Shown one piece after another: positions 1 to 11,573 of a DNA stretch of 64,000 nucleotides (position 1 is its first letter; every line of letters starts with the position of its first letter). Origin of the DNA: Octopus sinensis (Eukaryota); contig NC_043001.1 of the NCBI RefSeq assembly GCF_006345805.1, positions 77,562,001 through 77,626,000 of the forward strand, in the 5' to 3' direction. The position numbers were made by a program, and so were the translations under genes. The notes under the pieces are model-generated. The model saw nothing but the letters and a program-made list of their open reading frames with translations. It was not told where the DNA came from and made no database searches.

Positions 1-311
1 GGTCTGGGAGGAGGGGCTTTGTGTATTGTATTTATATTATATGTAATTATTGAACTATGTTGTTGTTTGTAATGGACTGTTAAGTCCAAAGATTGAAAAG
101 TTGTAAAAGTTGTAAGAGGTTTAATACCTCGTTTTGTGTTTGGTTTTAAAGAACAATGTTTTAGAGAAGCAGAAGTCGGCGGGCGCTTTTTGTCTTCTCC
201 CATCCTTATCATCTTTCTTTCATTATCATTCATTTCATTAATGTCCTCGTCCAGCCCGCAAAGCTACTTTACTCTATGTACTGCCTTCATGGCAAATGTA
301 ATGAAATAAAG
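1..311 (+). mobile_element. Possible 3' UTR remnant of an L1/Tx1-like LINE
   Basis: Ends CTGCCTTCATGGCAAATGTAATGAAATAAAG, resembling the GCCCTGTGTGGCTAATAAAG termini of the Tx1-like copies at 49.5 and 54.2 kb; U-rich body; no coding sequence in the window. Confidence 0.3.
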
Positions 312-350
312 AAGCTTGCGTGTGGTAAGAATCATGGCTGTGTGGTAAGA

Positions 351-590
351 AAGGTGGTGAGCTGGCAGAATCGTTCGCACTCCGGGCGACATTCTTAGCG
401 GTATTTCGTCTGCAGTTACGTTTTGAGTTCAAATTCCGCCGATATCGACGTTGCCTTTCATCTTTTCGGGAGTCGATAAATTAAGTACCAGTTACGAACT
501 GGGGTCGATGTAATCTATTTATCCCTTTGCCTGTCTTTGTTTGTCCCGTCTATGTTTAGCTCCTTGTCGGCAATAAAGAAGTAAGAAGCT
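351..590 (+). mobile_element. SINE family A nested in the head of SINE B
   Basis: GGTGGTGAGCTGGCAGAATCG...TTCAAATTCCGCCG...GGGGTCGATG...CAATAAAGAA; SINE B resumes at GTAAGAAGCTTG, with TAAGAA duplicated. Confidence 0.8.
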
Positions 591-745
591 TGCTTCCAAA
601 CCATATAGTTCAGGGTTCAGTCACACTGCTTGGAACCTTGGGCAAGTGTCTTCTACTATATCCTTGGATCGATCAAAGCCTTGTGAGTGGATTTGGTAGG
701 TAGAAACCGAAAGAACCCCGTCCTATATATATATATATATATATA

Positions 746-932
746 AGGAGAATTCAGAAAAAAACAAAAGACGAAGACAGGTGGTGTAGACAATAAACAG
801 ATGTATTAGTATAACGCTCGGGAAGTGAAAAAGTCTTTAACGTTTCGAGCCTACACTCTTCTACAGAAAGGAAAACAGAAAGAAACAAGGAGAGAAAATA
901 AAGAATGTGTAGTGGCTTGCGTTCTATCATGG
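746..932 (-). mobile_element. Short Penelope-like/retrozyme-type element with a degenerate hammerhead, inserted in the (TA)n of SINE B
   Basis: Minus strand 870-835: CTTT-CTGTAGA-AGAGTGTAGGCTC-GAAACGTT-AAAG (core A6 mutated); same layout as the element at 9342-9548. Confidence 0.55.
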
Positions 933-957
933 CGTGTGTGTATGTGTGTGTGTGCGA

Positions 958-1012
<55 letters not shown>

Positions 1013-1337
1013 TGGTGTGTGTGTGTGTGTTTGTGTCCGTGTTTGTCCCCCCATCACTGCTTGGCTGTCGGTGTTGATGTGTTTACTACCCTGTAACATA
1101 GCGGTTCGGCAAAAGATTCCTATAGAATACGTATTAAGCTTTAAAAAATAAGTCCTAGAGGGTCGATTTATTCGACTAAGACCATTTAAAACGGTGCATG
1201 GCCGCAGTCAAATGACCGAGACAATTAAAAGGAAGAGTCCTGATGTAAGGCAAGTCATCCGCCGTGCTAGGAACAGCAACTACGACTATATGACCAGTTT
1301 AGAGAAACGGTATTTTGAACGATATGATATTTCTTCC

Positions 1338-1737
1338 TAATTTGGCACAAGACCAGAAATTTCGAAGGAATAAGGAAAGTCGAGTACATCGAACCTAATA
1401 CATGAATGGTATTGTATTTCATTGATTCCGAAAGGGTGAACATCGACGGTATTTGAAATTAACACGTGAAAAACCGGAACAAATGCCGCTAAGCATTTTG
1501 CCCGACGTACTGATAGTCCTGCCACATCGCTGCCTTATGTTATTAATTCTTTATGCTTGTAGAAGGGGGATCCCAATTAGATCCAATGCTCACTTGGAAC
1601 TTTATTTTATCGACCCTAATACGGTTATGGGAAAAGTTGACCTTAGCGATACTTGAAGTCAGAACGTAAAGAGCTGGAAGAAATATCGCTACGCATCTTG
1701 TCCGACATGCTAACAATTCTGTTAGCTCACCGCCTAA
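1338..1737 (-). mobile_element. Two degenerate SINE A copies
   Basis: Reverse-complement matches to SINE A head and body at 1338-1537 and 1545-1737. Confidence 0.65.
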
Positions 1738-1791
1738 AGTTGGATGATGTAATATTCAATATAGAGAGAAAACCCAGGATGGTAAAAGCTA

Positions 1792-1947
1792 TTCTTCTTC
1801 TTCTTCTTCTTCTTCTTCTTCTTCTTCTTCTTCTTCTTCTCCTTTTTCTTCTTCTCCTTTTTCTTCTTCTTCTTCTTCTTCTTCTTCTTCTTCTTCTTCT
1901 TCTTCTTCTTCTTCTTCTTCTTCTTCTTCTTCTTCTTCTTCTTCTTC
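1792..1947. repeat. (CTT)n microsatellite
   Basis: About 50 TCT units; source of the poly-L and poly-K ORFs. Confidence 0.95.
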
Positions 1948-1960
1948 ATAATAATAATAA

Positions 1961-2456
1961 GCTCTGATGCAGTATCAAGCAATGGCTCTCATGTCGTATA
2001 ATCGTAGGTGATTGGAAATGTTACAATGTACATTCTTTTGTCATGATATAAAAGATGGGCTACAGCAAATATTTTGCTCAATACCACAGATTTGCTTGTC
2101 AGTTGTTTGACCTTAACCAGCATGCCTCTTAATGGCTGATGATATGTGCATCTCTGATCACGAGCAGAAGTAGTGGGGTAGCATCATAGCCATGTGATGA
2201 GAGGAATTATTTGGCGTTAAGATAATTCACCTCTAGAAACGGGTGTTTCGTTCTACATCCTTAAGCAACTCTGACTGGTCCCCACCTGCAAGGTCATGCT
2301 CTGTTTATCTTGATATGAGATCACCAAATCGTGCACATAAGGTTGTGATGCATGTGCCTTGTGTACACTTACCACACGGACACTTATGATAGGTATATTG
2401 GGCTTCGTATATTTTACCCCGGTGTCACTTTGATAGCATGCATTGATCTCTCACTA
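1961..2456 (+). mobile_element. Family D ~555-bp (TAA)n-associated non-coding retroelement, copy 1
   Basis: GCTCTGATGCAGTA...GATCTCTCACT, flanked by (AAT)n on both sides; homologous to five other copies. Confidence 0.8.
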
Positions 2457-3089
2457 AATAATAATAATAATAATAATAATATTAAATAATAATATTAAAT
2501 AATAATAATAATAATAATAATATTGAATAATAATAATAATAATAATATGCAGATTAAAAGTAAATAATAATGATACTAACAATAATAATAATGTTGATAA
2601 TAATAATAGATCATGATGATGATGATGATAAAGGAAGAAGACAACATCATATATATATGGTGAGGCTGTCACGATTAAATAACACCAACATACCTTACCT
2701 CAGTTTATGAAAGACATGAGTTTACGCAGAAACTCAAGTGATAACAACGTAAATAAGGCCGGAGAGTTAAAGGAAAGCCTCTGTCTAGGCCAGGGGCCGG
2801 CGAACCGGGTAAGTTACCCCATGTGGGATAAAAATAAGGACTCGTTATCCATAATTAAAATTACATAAAAAAACGTGTTCTTTTTTCTTCTGGCAACACT
2901 GAATCCGTCCAATGTAATGGACGTGTAAATATATTCACATAAATAGATTCAATAAACCTTTTGAATTAAAGAAAAACTATGATTTTCTTCCTTTCATATC
3001 AAGGGGTAACGTCGGCGTAGATAGATATATTTTGGGGTAATTGGTTAAAAATGTTCCCCGACTCCAGCTCTAGGCAGTCGTTATTCTAA

Positions 3090-4546
3090 GACAGCGTCAG
3101 CATACAATAGAGTAATAAGAAAGAAATGGACAAGTGAAGAGAACAAAGTAGTGATGCAGTGTTACTTGGAAAGTGAAGCCAAAATAAAAGGTTTAGCACT
3201 TTGGGTGAAAAAAGGTATGATATAACAGAGCAAAGACTTGTAGACAAGGCTAATGCTATTAGGAGAAATAAGTGGATGACAGAACTGGAGGCTGAAGTGA
3301 CCACAACAAAAAAAGTAACCAAGAAGTAGAACAGTCAAATAACACAAACCAGGATGCATAAGTAGCACAGTGCAAGTCAAAGAAGATCCTACAAGAAAAA
3401 ATACTAGCACTCCTAATCAGGAACGGAAAATTTCTCACCAGGGACTAAAGTGAGGACTAACTAGTAAAAGCCAAGATAGACAAAAATCAGGTAGATTGTC
3501 AATGTCGGTCATATAAACCAAAGGAGGAAAATATTACTGATATAGTTAGTGAATGCAGTATGCCGGCACAGAAAGAATACGAGAAAAAGTAAAATGAAGG
3601 CGGCGAGCTGGCAGAAACGTTAGCATACCGGGCGAAATGCGTAGCGGTATTTCGTCTGCCGCTGCGTTCAAATTCCGCCGAGGTCGACTTTGACTTTCAT
3701 CCTTTCGGGGTCGATTAAATAAGTACCAGTTACGCACTGGGGTCAATCTAATCGACTTAATCCGTTTGTCTGTCCTTGTTTGTCCTCTCTGTGTTTAGCC
3801 CCTTGTGGGTAGTAAAGAAATAGGTATTTTGTCTACCGCTTCCTTCTGAATTCAAATTCAAAAATGAATTTGCCTTTCATCATTTCGGGATCGATTAAAT
3901 AAGTACCAGTTACGCACTGGAGTCGGTGTAATCGACTTAATCCCTTTGTCTGTCCTTCTATGTTTAACCCCTTGTGATCAATAAGAAAATAAGAAAGAAT
4001 GCAAGAAAAAATATGACAACATATGGAGAATAATCTACTGGGGATTATATAAAAATCTAGGACTTGGTATACTGATAAGTGGCATGAACATGGACTTAGT
4101 AATGTACCAGAAATTACGAATTATATGATCTGGGATTTTAACATTCAGATTAATAGAAGCTAGAAGGCTTGAGCTAGTAGACAAAGAGAATAGAAAGTGC
4201 CAGGTAATTGAATTTATAATCCCACATTATGAGAAATTAAATATGAGAGAGTATAGAGAAAATACCAAAGTACCAGGATCTAACTATTGAGTTATAGAGA
4301 CTACGGAAAGTTTGGGTAAAATGTATCCCCGTAGCTATAGATGCATTAGGAGCTGTTCCTAAAGATTTCAACAGATGGATAGAGGAAATAGGCAAAAACA
4401 AAACCCCCTAAAAAACTAGTTTAGTACCGCTCCAGATAACAGGTACAGCTAGAATACTTAGGAAGATTCTTGGCATGTAAGGTTATTTGGTGTAGCCCTA
4501 TGCTAGGAATTTTTTCCCAACAGTTTAATTTGTTGTGCTTAAATGA

Positions 4547-4547
<1 letters not shown>
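3090..4547 (+). mobile_element. Internally deleted R4/Dong-like non-LTR retrotransposon (N-terminus joined to CCHC/REL region; RT missing)
   Basis: RKKWTSEENKVVMQCYLES...EQRLVDKANAIRRNKW, then KIDKNQVDCQCR...EENITDIVSEC, KYQDL and GTARILRKILGM*; 3' UTR ends in (TAA)n at 4547. Confidence 0.75.
3597..3993 (+). mobile_element. Dimeric SINE A inserted in the Dong-like element
   Basis: Head-body-tail followed by a second body-tail; flanks AAAGAATACGAGAAAAAG and AAAGAATGCAAGAAAAAA look like a diverged target-site duplication. Confidence 0.8.
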
Positions 4548-4578
<31 letters not shown>

Positions 4579-4994
4579 TAAAGTGAAGTATGGGAAGCAG
4601 AGTTGAAGGAGTAGGAGGAGGCTGGTGTGGGGAAGGATTTAAAGAGAGAGTTAAAGGATGGGATTAAACATAAACGAAGACGAAACCTTAAATCAGAAAG
4701 ATATAAAAGAAATACCTAGAAAGAAAGAGCGATAGAACGAAAGAGTAAAAGTAAATTGGAATGAACTTTACCAAACGAATCAACACAACAATAGTGAACG
4801 AAGCAAGTAATCAAGGAACGAATCAGATTTTAGCGTAGCACATAGAAGAAATTTCGCATCAATTTCCGGTCTATTTTCGTGCTTTAATTAAGATACGCAG
4901 TAATTATATTTTCATTTGGCCTGATTTTTCATTAAATCTCGTCTTCTTCACCATGTTGGAATACGGGTGATATTTAGTGATTGTGTCGTGTTGG

Positions 4995-5275
4995 CGAAGG
5001 TACTAGTGGTGATGGTAGTGGTAGTGGTAGTGGTGGTAGAGTCTGGCGTGTTGGTGATGGTACCAGTGGTTATGATGGTGGTAGAAGTGAGGGTGTTTGT
5101 GATGGCGGTAGTGCTGGTGATGGTACTGGTGGTGAAGGTAGTGGTGTTGTTGTCGGTGGTGGTAGAGGCAAGGGTGTTGGTGGTAGTGGCAGAGATGGTA
5201 ATGGAGGTTGTAGTGATGGTGACAGTAATGGTATTGGTGCTAGTGGTAGCGTCGGTGATTGTGGTGGCAGGAAAT
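4995..5275. repeat. Degenerate (GGT/GTA)n low-complexity tract
   Basis: GGTGATGGTAGTGGT periodicity; gives the poly-V and G/S-rich ORFs. Confidence 0.85.
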
Positions 5276-5393
5276 TGCTAATGCAATTGTTGTTTTATAG
5301 TAATGATGTTACAAGTGGTCATTACAGTGCATAACGACAGTAGCAGTATTGGTAGGAGTGACTAAATAGCGTGTTGATAGAGGTAATTACAGT

Positions 5394-5850
5394 TTAGTAC
5401 ATAGTAGTGTTGGTAGTGGTGGTTATGGCTTAGTACATATTAGTGTTAGTAGTGGTAGTTATAGCCTAGTACACAGTGGTGCTGATTGTGGTAATTACGG
5501 TTTAGTATATAGTTGTGTTGGTAGTGGTGGTCATGTCTTAGTACATAGTAGTGTTAGTAGTGGTAGTTATAGCTTAGTACACAGTGGTGCTGATTGTGGT
5601 AATTACGGTTTAGTACATAGTAGTGTTGGTAGTGGGGGTCATGGCTTAGTAAATATTAGTCATAGTAGTAGTGAGTACATTATATTGTTGCTAGTGGTAA
5701 TTACGTTTTAGTACATAATACTGTTGGCAGTGTTAGTTATGGCATGGTACACGGTAGTGTTGCTAATGGTATTCATATCTTACTATAAACTGGTAGCAGT
5801 GATATCAGTGTTGATAGCAGCGGTTATAGTTTAGTACATAGTGGTAGAAA
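5394..5850. repeat. 36-bp minisatellite with a 108-bp higher-order (ABC) repeat
   Basis: Unit TTAGTACATAGTAGTGTTGGTAGTGGTGGTTATGGC; order A,B,C,A,B,C,A then degenerate units. Confidence 0.85.
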
Positions 5851-5903
5851 GCGTTGGTAATGATTAAAACATATGTACTAATAGTAACAACAGCAGCTGA
5901 GTG

Positions 5904-6095
5904 GAGACACAATGGCCCAGTGGCTAGGGCAGCGGACTCGCGGTCGTAAGAACGCGGTTTCGATTTCCAGACCGGGCAATGTAAGTGTTTATTGAGCAAA
6001 AACACCTAAGCTCCACGGGGGTCCGACGGGGGTGGGTGAAACCCACTGTACTCTTTCACCACAACTTTCTCTCACTCTTTCTTCCTACTTCTGCT
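5904..6095 (+). mobile_element. tRNA-derived SINE family C, 5' part
   Basis: A box TGGCCCAGTGGCTAGGGC and B box GGTTTCGATTTCC, followed by GTACTCTTTCACCACAACTTTCTCTCAC. Confidence 0.7.
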
Positions 6096-6756
6096 ACAAA
6101 GCAGAGGAACCATGGTGTAACCCATTATGATGTGGTAAACTTTCAGACCCTGGTCTAGATTGCGAACCCTCTGTACCCCAGGATGGTTCAGCTCTCCACC
6201 CGTTAAAAGCAACCATCTACGGAATGAGGATAACAACGTAGCTTTTGCGCCCGTATCACCGCCAGTCTATCGCGTGTGGTGGGTGGATCTTCAAGTTTCC
6301 ACATGCATTCTTAGTAGCTTAGAGCAGGCTCGAATTAGAGGTTATTCTTTGCGGCTAATGGTGTGAGTCCTGATTGAAAGAAGAAGAAGAGGAAGAAGAA
6401 GCAGTTGTAGTAGTGGTCGTAGTATTGGTTTAGCATAAAGTCGCAGTAGAATTGTTAGCAGTGGTAGTGTCAGTAGTGGTGGTTATCACTTAGTTTACTG
6501 TAATAGTCTGAGTGGCAGTATTGGTAGTGTTAGTTATTGTTTAATCCTGAATGTTAGTAATAAAGTGATGGTACTGTTGGTGGTATTGTTCGAATTTGTA
6601 GTTTGGTAGCTGTAGCTTAGTATGCACTATTGGTTCTCAACCGGGGTCCATAAGGCCCTTGGTGTTCCATATAAGTTTTTATTGTTAAAATTTAAGTGCA
6701 ATTAATTGTTATACTTCTGCAATACACAAAATATTTTTACAAATTTTTGTTTAGTT

Positions 6757-7510
6757 AAATGCAAAATAAAACGTCAAAATTAGAAGCAATAACTGCCAAA
6801 CTTGGATTGAAAGTCAACCGCGACAAATAAAAAATTATGGACGTTAATGAAGAAAACAGCGAACTTATTAAACTAGAAACCGATGAACTAGAGGATGTAG
6901 CCGAGTTTACGTATTAGGTAGTAAGATAACGTTTTCAGGCGACACCGACAAAGATACTATGACGAGAATAAGTAAGGCAAGGACCGCTTTTCACCTGTTA
7001 AAAAAGGTATGGAGCGCAAGTGCAATTTCAATTAAGAATAAAATAAGAATTTTTAACACCAACGTAAAAGCAGTGTTATTGTATGGGGTTGAGACATGGC
7101 GAACAACAGTTAAGTCAAATAAGCAAATACAATCATTCATTAACAGATGCTTGCGTAGTATACTTAAAACTAGATGGCCTGAACACATAAGCAATATGGA
7201 GCTATAGCAAAGAACAAATCAAGTTTCGATTACGGAGCAAATATTTAAGAAAAACTTAAAGTGGATTGGTAGCACAAATTCGAAAAGACACACCAAATGT
7301 AGCGAAAAGTGCTTTATAGTGGAATCCGTATGGATACAGAAAGAAATGTAGGCCTGAGAACTCGTGGCGTAGATCAACAGAGAAGGAACTAGAGAAAGGG
7401 GGACATTCATGGCAGAGTATAAGTACAGAAGGGAAAAATTATGCGACATGGAATTCAACTATAAGTGGCCTATACTCCGCGTTCTAGGGTTAAAGGCACG
7501 GAAAAAAAAA
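6757..7510 (+). mobile_element. 5'-truncated RTE-clade LINE
   Basis: MQNKTSKLEAITAKLGLKVN...RISKARTAFHLLKKVW...FNTNVKAVLLYGVETW...INRCLRSIL (RTE RT C-terminus); A-rich tail at 7502-7510. Confidence 0.85.
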
Positions 7511-7687
7511 ACAAGCGAAGTAGCTTGTCAGAAAATCTCAATATGAGAAGCAATGTTTATCCCCACATCAGTATAGCTGTTCGACGTTACAACTGTTTTA
7601 AGCCCAGGTAGATCCCTCGCCAGCTGTTTACTAGTGCAACTTGCACCCTGTATATATTGCAAGCAGAGGAGCGAACCCCTACCATTC

Positions 7688-7769
7688 TCTAGCAGACGAA
7701 GGAATCACAAGACCGGACGGTTTCGAGCTACTTATGCTCATCTTCAGTAGTGAACATCCATCTGCTAGA
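7688..7769 (-). ncRNA. Type I hammerhead ribozyme motif with intact core
   Basis: CTGAAGA(T)-GAGC ATAAGTA GCTC-GAAA-CC GTCC GG-TC; GUC cleavage site between 7711 and 7710; stem I extended by TCTAGCAGATGGA/TTCGTCTGCTAGA. Confidence 0.75.
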
Positions 7770-8199
7770 AATAGCAGGAATTCGTTCCAGCTCGCATGAT
7801 ATAGGAAAATTAGTGACCATCAGTCACTGATCTTACTGCAAAGAAGATAGAAGATCTCAATAAGAGATGAAAATAGTAAGTACACTAAGTAACGTTTATC
7901 GCCCTATTAATAAGCCTGTTTGTTTTACAATTCCTAATAATATCTAATTATAAAGATATAATATAATTTTTTTAAACATCGAATGGTTATGGAGGTACAT
8001 CCGAGTAAAATAGGAATCAAAGAGTCCCATGAGTAAAAAAATGTTACAGAAGCACTGATATACACGATTATCCTGGTGCAAGAAATACTAGCTAAGTCTC
8101 CCTTGTTTCTACTTTAAAAGAAGGCACATTGGGTGTACATTTGTAGTAGCGCTGGTGGTACTAGCTGGTCGTACTACCGTCATGGTACAACTGATAGTG

Positions 8200-8332
8200 T
8201 ACGAGAGGGTGCTGAAAATTTCCTTTGAATAAAAGAACATATAGCTCAGTAAAAGAACTCCGAAGGCTAGGCTTCCAATCAGGCCTTCCAATATACCTTT
8301 AAAACCAGAAACTTTTCAGTACCTCCCTCATA
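8200..8332. mobile_element. Mariner-derived MITE
   Basis: TA-flanked TIRs TACGAGAGGGTGCTGAAAATTTCC / AGAAACTTTTCAGTACCTCCCTCATA. Confidence 0.7.
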
Positions 8333-8401
8333 TACATACATACATACATACATACTAATACTTACATACATACATACATACATAATACATACATACATAC
8401 A

Positions 8402-8433
<32 letters not shown>

Positions 8434-8435
8434 AA

Positions 8436-9254
8436 TATGTGTGTGATGGGTAAATTGTCGCCATTTTACAAGTGTAATTTCGCGCATGCACATTGTTTGT
8501 ATTTGATTTTGTCGAATACACAGTATAGTAGGGTAAGTTGGACACCAAGACGCAATTCACGCTACCAGAAATTTGGAAACGACATGCTGTCCTGTTTAGA
8601 ATTCGCGCCGGAAGTTCCAATACGAACATTTTACAATGTTTCGGTGTCAATCTGAGGACAGTGCAATGTGAGAACAGTACAGAGAATGATAAAAATAATA
8701 TATCCAGTCAATATCATAGTGTTTGGAATGATCACTTGTGATGGCGACGTTATGCCTCCATTCATCTTCCCACACAACCTCAGAATCAACATGGAGGACT
8801 ACATGAAGTGCCTGGAGGAGGTAGTGCTGTTTGGGTGAAGAGGATGGCTGTTGGAAAACCCTGTCTGCCAACAGGATTCTGCACCAGTATTCACAAGCAG
8901 GAGAACCCAGTCATGGCTGTCAGACAATTTCTGTGACCACATCATCACCCTAACATCTTGCCACCAAACTTCCCAGCCTTCAGCCTCCTTGCTTATTATG
9001 TGTGAGGCGTGGTTGAGCGAGAGACCAAAAAATAAAACTTTGTAACACCAAAGATGAACCGAAAGCAAGTATTATGGCATCATTCACCAACTTAAACAGT
9101 CTATAAGAGTTAAATAAAATACCGAAGTCATTTACTCTTTAGTATTTCAAGACATTTTTATGCAATTTTGGTAAATATATCTGTTAGAATGATATGTATG
9201 TGTTATTTTCATTTTTGCGTAATTTAGACGACAATATATTCACCGCACCCTGTA
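8436..9254 (+). mobile_element. Internally deleted Tc1/mariner-superfamily transposon, DD37D (maT)-like
   Basis: VFGMITCDGDVMPPFIFPHNLRINMEDYMKCLEEVV...QQDSAPVFTSRRTQSWLSDNF, degraded PPNSPD region; right end CACCGCACCCTGTA. Confidence 0.75.
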
Positions 9255-9341
9255 TACATACATACATATATTCATACATACATACGTATAATATATATTA
9301 ATATATATATATATAGATATCTATATATATATATATATATG

Positions 9342-9548
9342 GACCGCGTAGTGAAGTTGGCGATTTCTTTCCTTCGTCTTCCCTTTTTGGGATCTTTCTT
9401 TCCTTTATGTTTCTGACGAAAAAGCTCCGCTCGAAACGTTAAACTCCTCCTTCCTTCCTTATTCCTGAGCGTCCAATAAATACTATACTTGTTCCACGTC
9501 CTTGCGTTGTTGTGTTTTCTCTTTGGTGTTTTCATGTTGGATTAACTA
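9342..9548 (+). mobile_element. Short Penelope-like/retrozyme-type element in (TA)n with a minimal hammerhead motif (9409-9444)
   Basis: GTTT-CTGACGA(A)-AAAGC TCC GCTC-GAAACGTT-AAAC; loopless palindromic stem III (AACGTT); G10.1 appears mutated; (TA)n on both sides. Confidence 0.6.
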
Positions 9549-9597
9549 TATATACATATATATATATATATATATTATATAATTATTATATATATAT

Positions 9598-9632
<35 letters not shown>

Positions 9633-9722
9633 ATAATATATATATATATATACCTATCTATATACATATATTATATATATATATATAATACATATATAAT
9701 ATATATAATTCTATACATATAC

Positions 9723-9756
<34 letters not shown>

Positions 9757-9853
9757 CTACATTATATATATATATATCATCTCTATATATATCTAATAAA
9801 TCATCTATATATATATATACATTATATATATATCCTATATATATATAATATAC

Positions 9854-9923
<70 letters not shown>

Positions 9924-10095
9924 CTATACATATATATATATATACCATATATATATATCTATTACTATAAGATATATACACACACATATAATATATATAA
10001 TATATATTATATATATATACATATCTATATAAATACACACCAAATATATATATATATAATATATATATATATACTATATATATATATACACACAC

Positions 10096-10139
<44 letters not shown>

Positions 10140-10141
10140 CA

Positions 10142-10367
10142 TACGAGGGAGTACTAAATGGTTCCTGACTTCGCAGAAAGAAAATACAGGAAGATCAGTC
10201 AATTTAATATGATATTATTCAACAGGTTCTCCCCTTTCATATTCACACACTTATTACCGCGATCTTTCTGCTTTTCTAAGCCCTTCAAAAGAACTTGGAA
10301 GGTTAGATCTTTATCTAGGCCTCCTGCAATACCCTTAAAGCCAACAAACTTTTCAGTGCCCCTCTTA
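10142..10367. mobile_element. Mariner-derived MITE
   Basis: TACGAGGGAGTACTAAATGGTTCC ... AACTTTTCAGTGCCCCTCTTA; internal GATATTATTCAACA shared with the copy at 10827. Confidence 0.7.
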
Positions 10368-10826
10368 TATATATATATATTGTTGTATTTGAGGATGGTC
10401 ATGTTGCCAGTTTAGCCAATAAAAACACACGCACTATATATTTGGTGTTAATTTGCTTCAGTTAATCGTATTTCGGCCAGCGTTCATTCGTCATTCTTCT
10501 GTGACCTCATTAGTGGTCCTTTGTTTTCTTCTTTCTTATTAGTGTGTCTTTCCTTACTAACGATCAGCCATTTTGTATTTTGCATTCCTATTGCATATGT
10601 CTTTATTTGCGCATGCGTATACTCCTATGTGTGTTTATGTTTAACAAATGTGTGTGCTTTTATTGGCTATACTGGCAACATGACCATCCCCAAATGCAAC
10701 AACATCTGTTTCAACATACGATTTCACATCAAGAATCTTGCAAAACGAATATATAAACGTATATATATATATATATATATATATATACGTGTGTGTGTGT
10801 GTGCGAGAGAGAGAGAGAGAGAGAGA

Positions 10827-11044
10827 GAGGGGGGCATGCTAAAAGGTCCTGGCCTTGGGTAAAAAATTACAGGAGGATAAGTTAATTACGATATTATTCA
10901 ACATATTCCCCTCTCAGATTCACACTGTTATTGTAGCATTCTTTCAGTTTTTCTGAGACCTGTAAAAGAACTCGAAAATTTGGGCTGTCAACCACACCTT
11001 TCGCGAGACCCTTACAGCCAGGACGTTTTCAATACTTCCTCATA
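10827..11044. mobile_element. Mariner-derived MITE
   Basis: GAGGGGGGCATGCTAAAAGGTCCTGGCC ... CCAGGACGTTTTCAATACTTCCTCATA. Confidence 0.65.
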
Positions 11045-11539
11045 GAATCGTGTGTCCAACACCCTAAACACAATCCCACGCGCCATCACTATCTATGGAG
11101 TGACCTAACAAAAAGATGTGTGCTTCTGACCAACAAAGTGACCAGTTAAACTAGAACGACTGTAAGAGGAATAGCAAACATACGCAATACGCCTCTACGA
11201 CGCAATATAAACTCTTTACTGCTGTTATTTAAATAGCAGCTTTGGAATCTTGTTTCTTTGTAGGAAACTGACCTCCTTTTATAAGAAGAAATCTGATAAT
11301 CCTATAAAACGCACATTTATGCAGCATACATTTATACATATATATATACATTTATAAACAAACATCTATGTATCATGTACATAGATTGGAATGATTTTAT
11401 GTACGTGCATATATGTATGCATACATTTATGTAATATATAATATAATATAATACAATATATACTTGTATATATATACGCATATATATATATATATTATAT
11501 ATATATATATATTATATATATATATATATTATATATATG

Positions 11540-11573
<34 letters not shown>

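Larger units (their letters stand above)
333..1232 (+). mobile_element. SINE family B (tRNA-like head, CORE-like segment, internal (TA)n(TG)n, conserved tail), interrupted by two insertions
   Basis: Head TGGCTGTGTGGTAAGA...GGGTTCAGTC...CCTTGGGCAAGTGTCTTCTACTATA; tail TAGCGGTTCGGCAAAA...GCCGCAGTCAAATGAC, matching copies at 20.5 kb and 54.6/58.9 kb. Confidence 0.8.
6628..8057. mobile_element. hAT-type MITE split by RTE and hammerhead-element insertions
   Basis: Left end TATTGGTTCTCAACCGGGGTCC resembles a CAGTGGTTCTCAA-type TIR; degenerate right end ATGTTACAGAAGCACTG. Confidence 0.45.

Noticed and set aside
2755-2860. GC-rich segment upstream of the Dong-like element as an HDV-like ribozyme
   Set aside because: I could not build the P1/P2/P3/P1.1 nested pseudoknot by eye; needs an RNAMotif/Infernal search
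5394-5850. 36-bp repeats as a CRISPR array
   Set aside because: Units are contiguous with no unique spacers, no cas genes, and the context is eukaryotic
5904-5990. tRNA gene
   Set aside because: Only A/B-box-like head without a complete cloverleaf, continuing into SINE body
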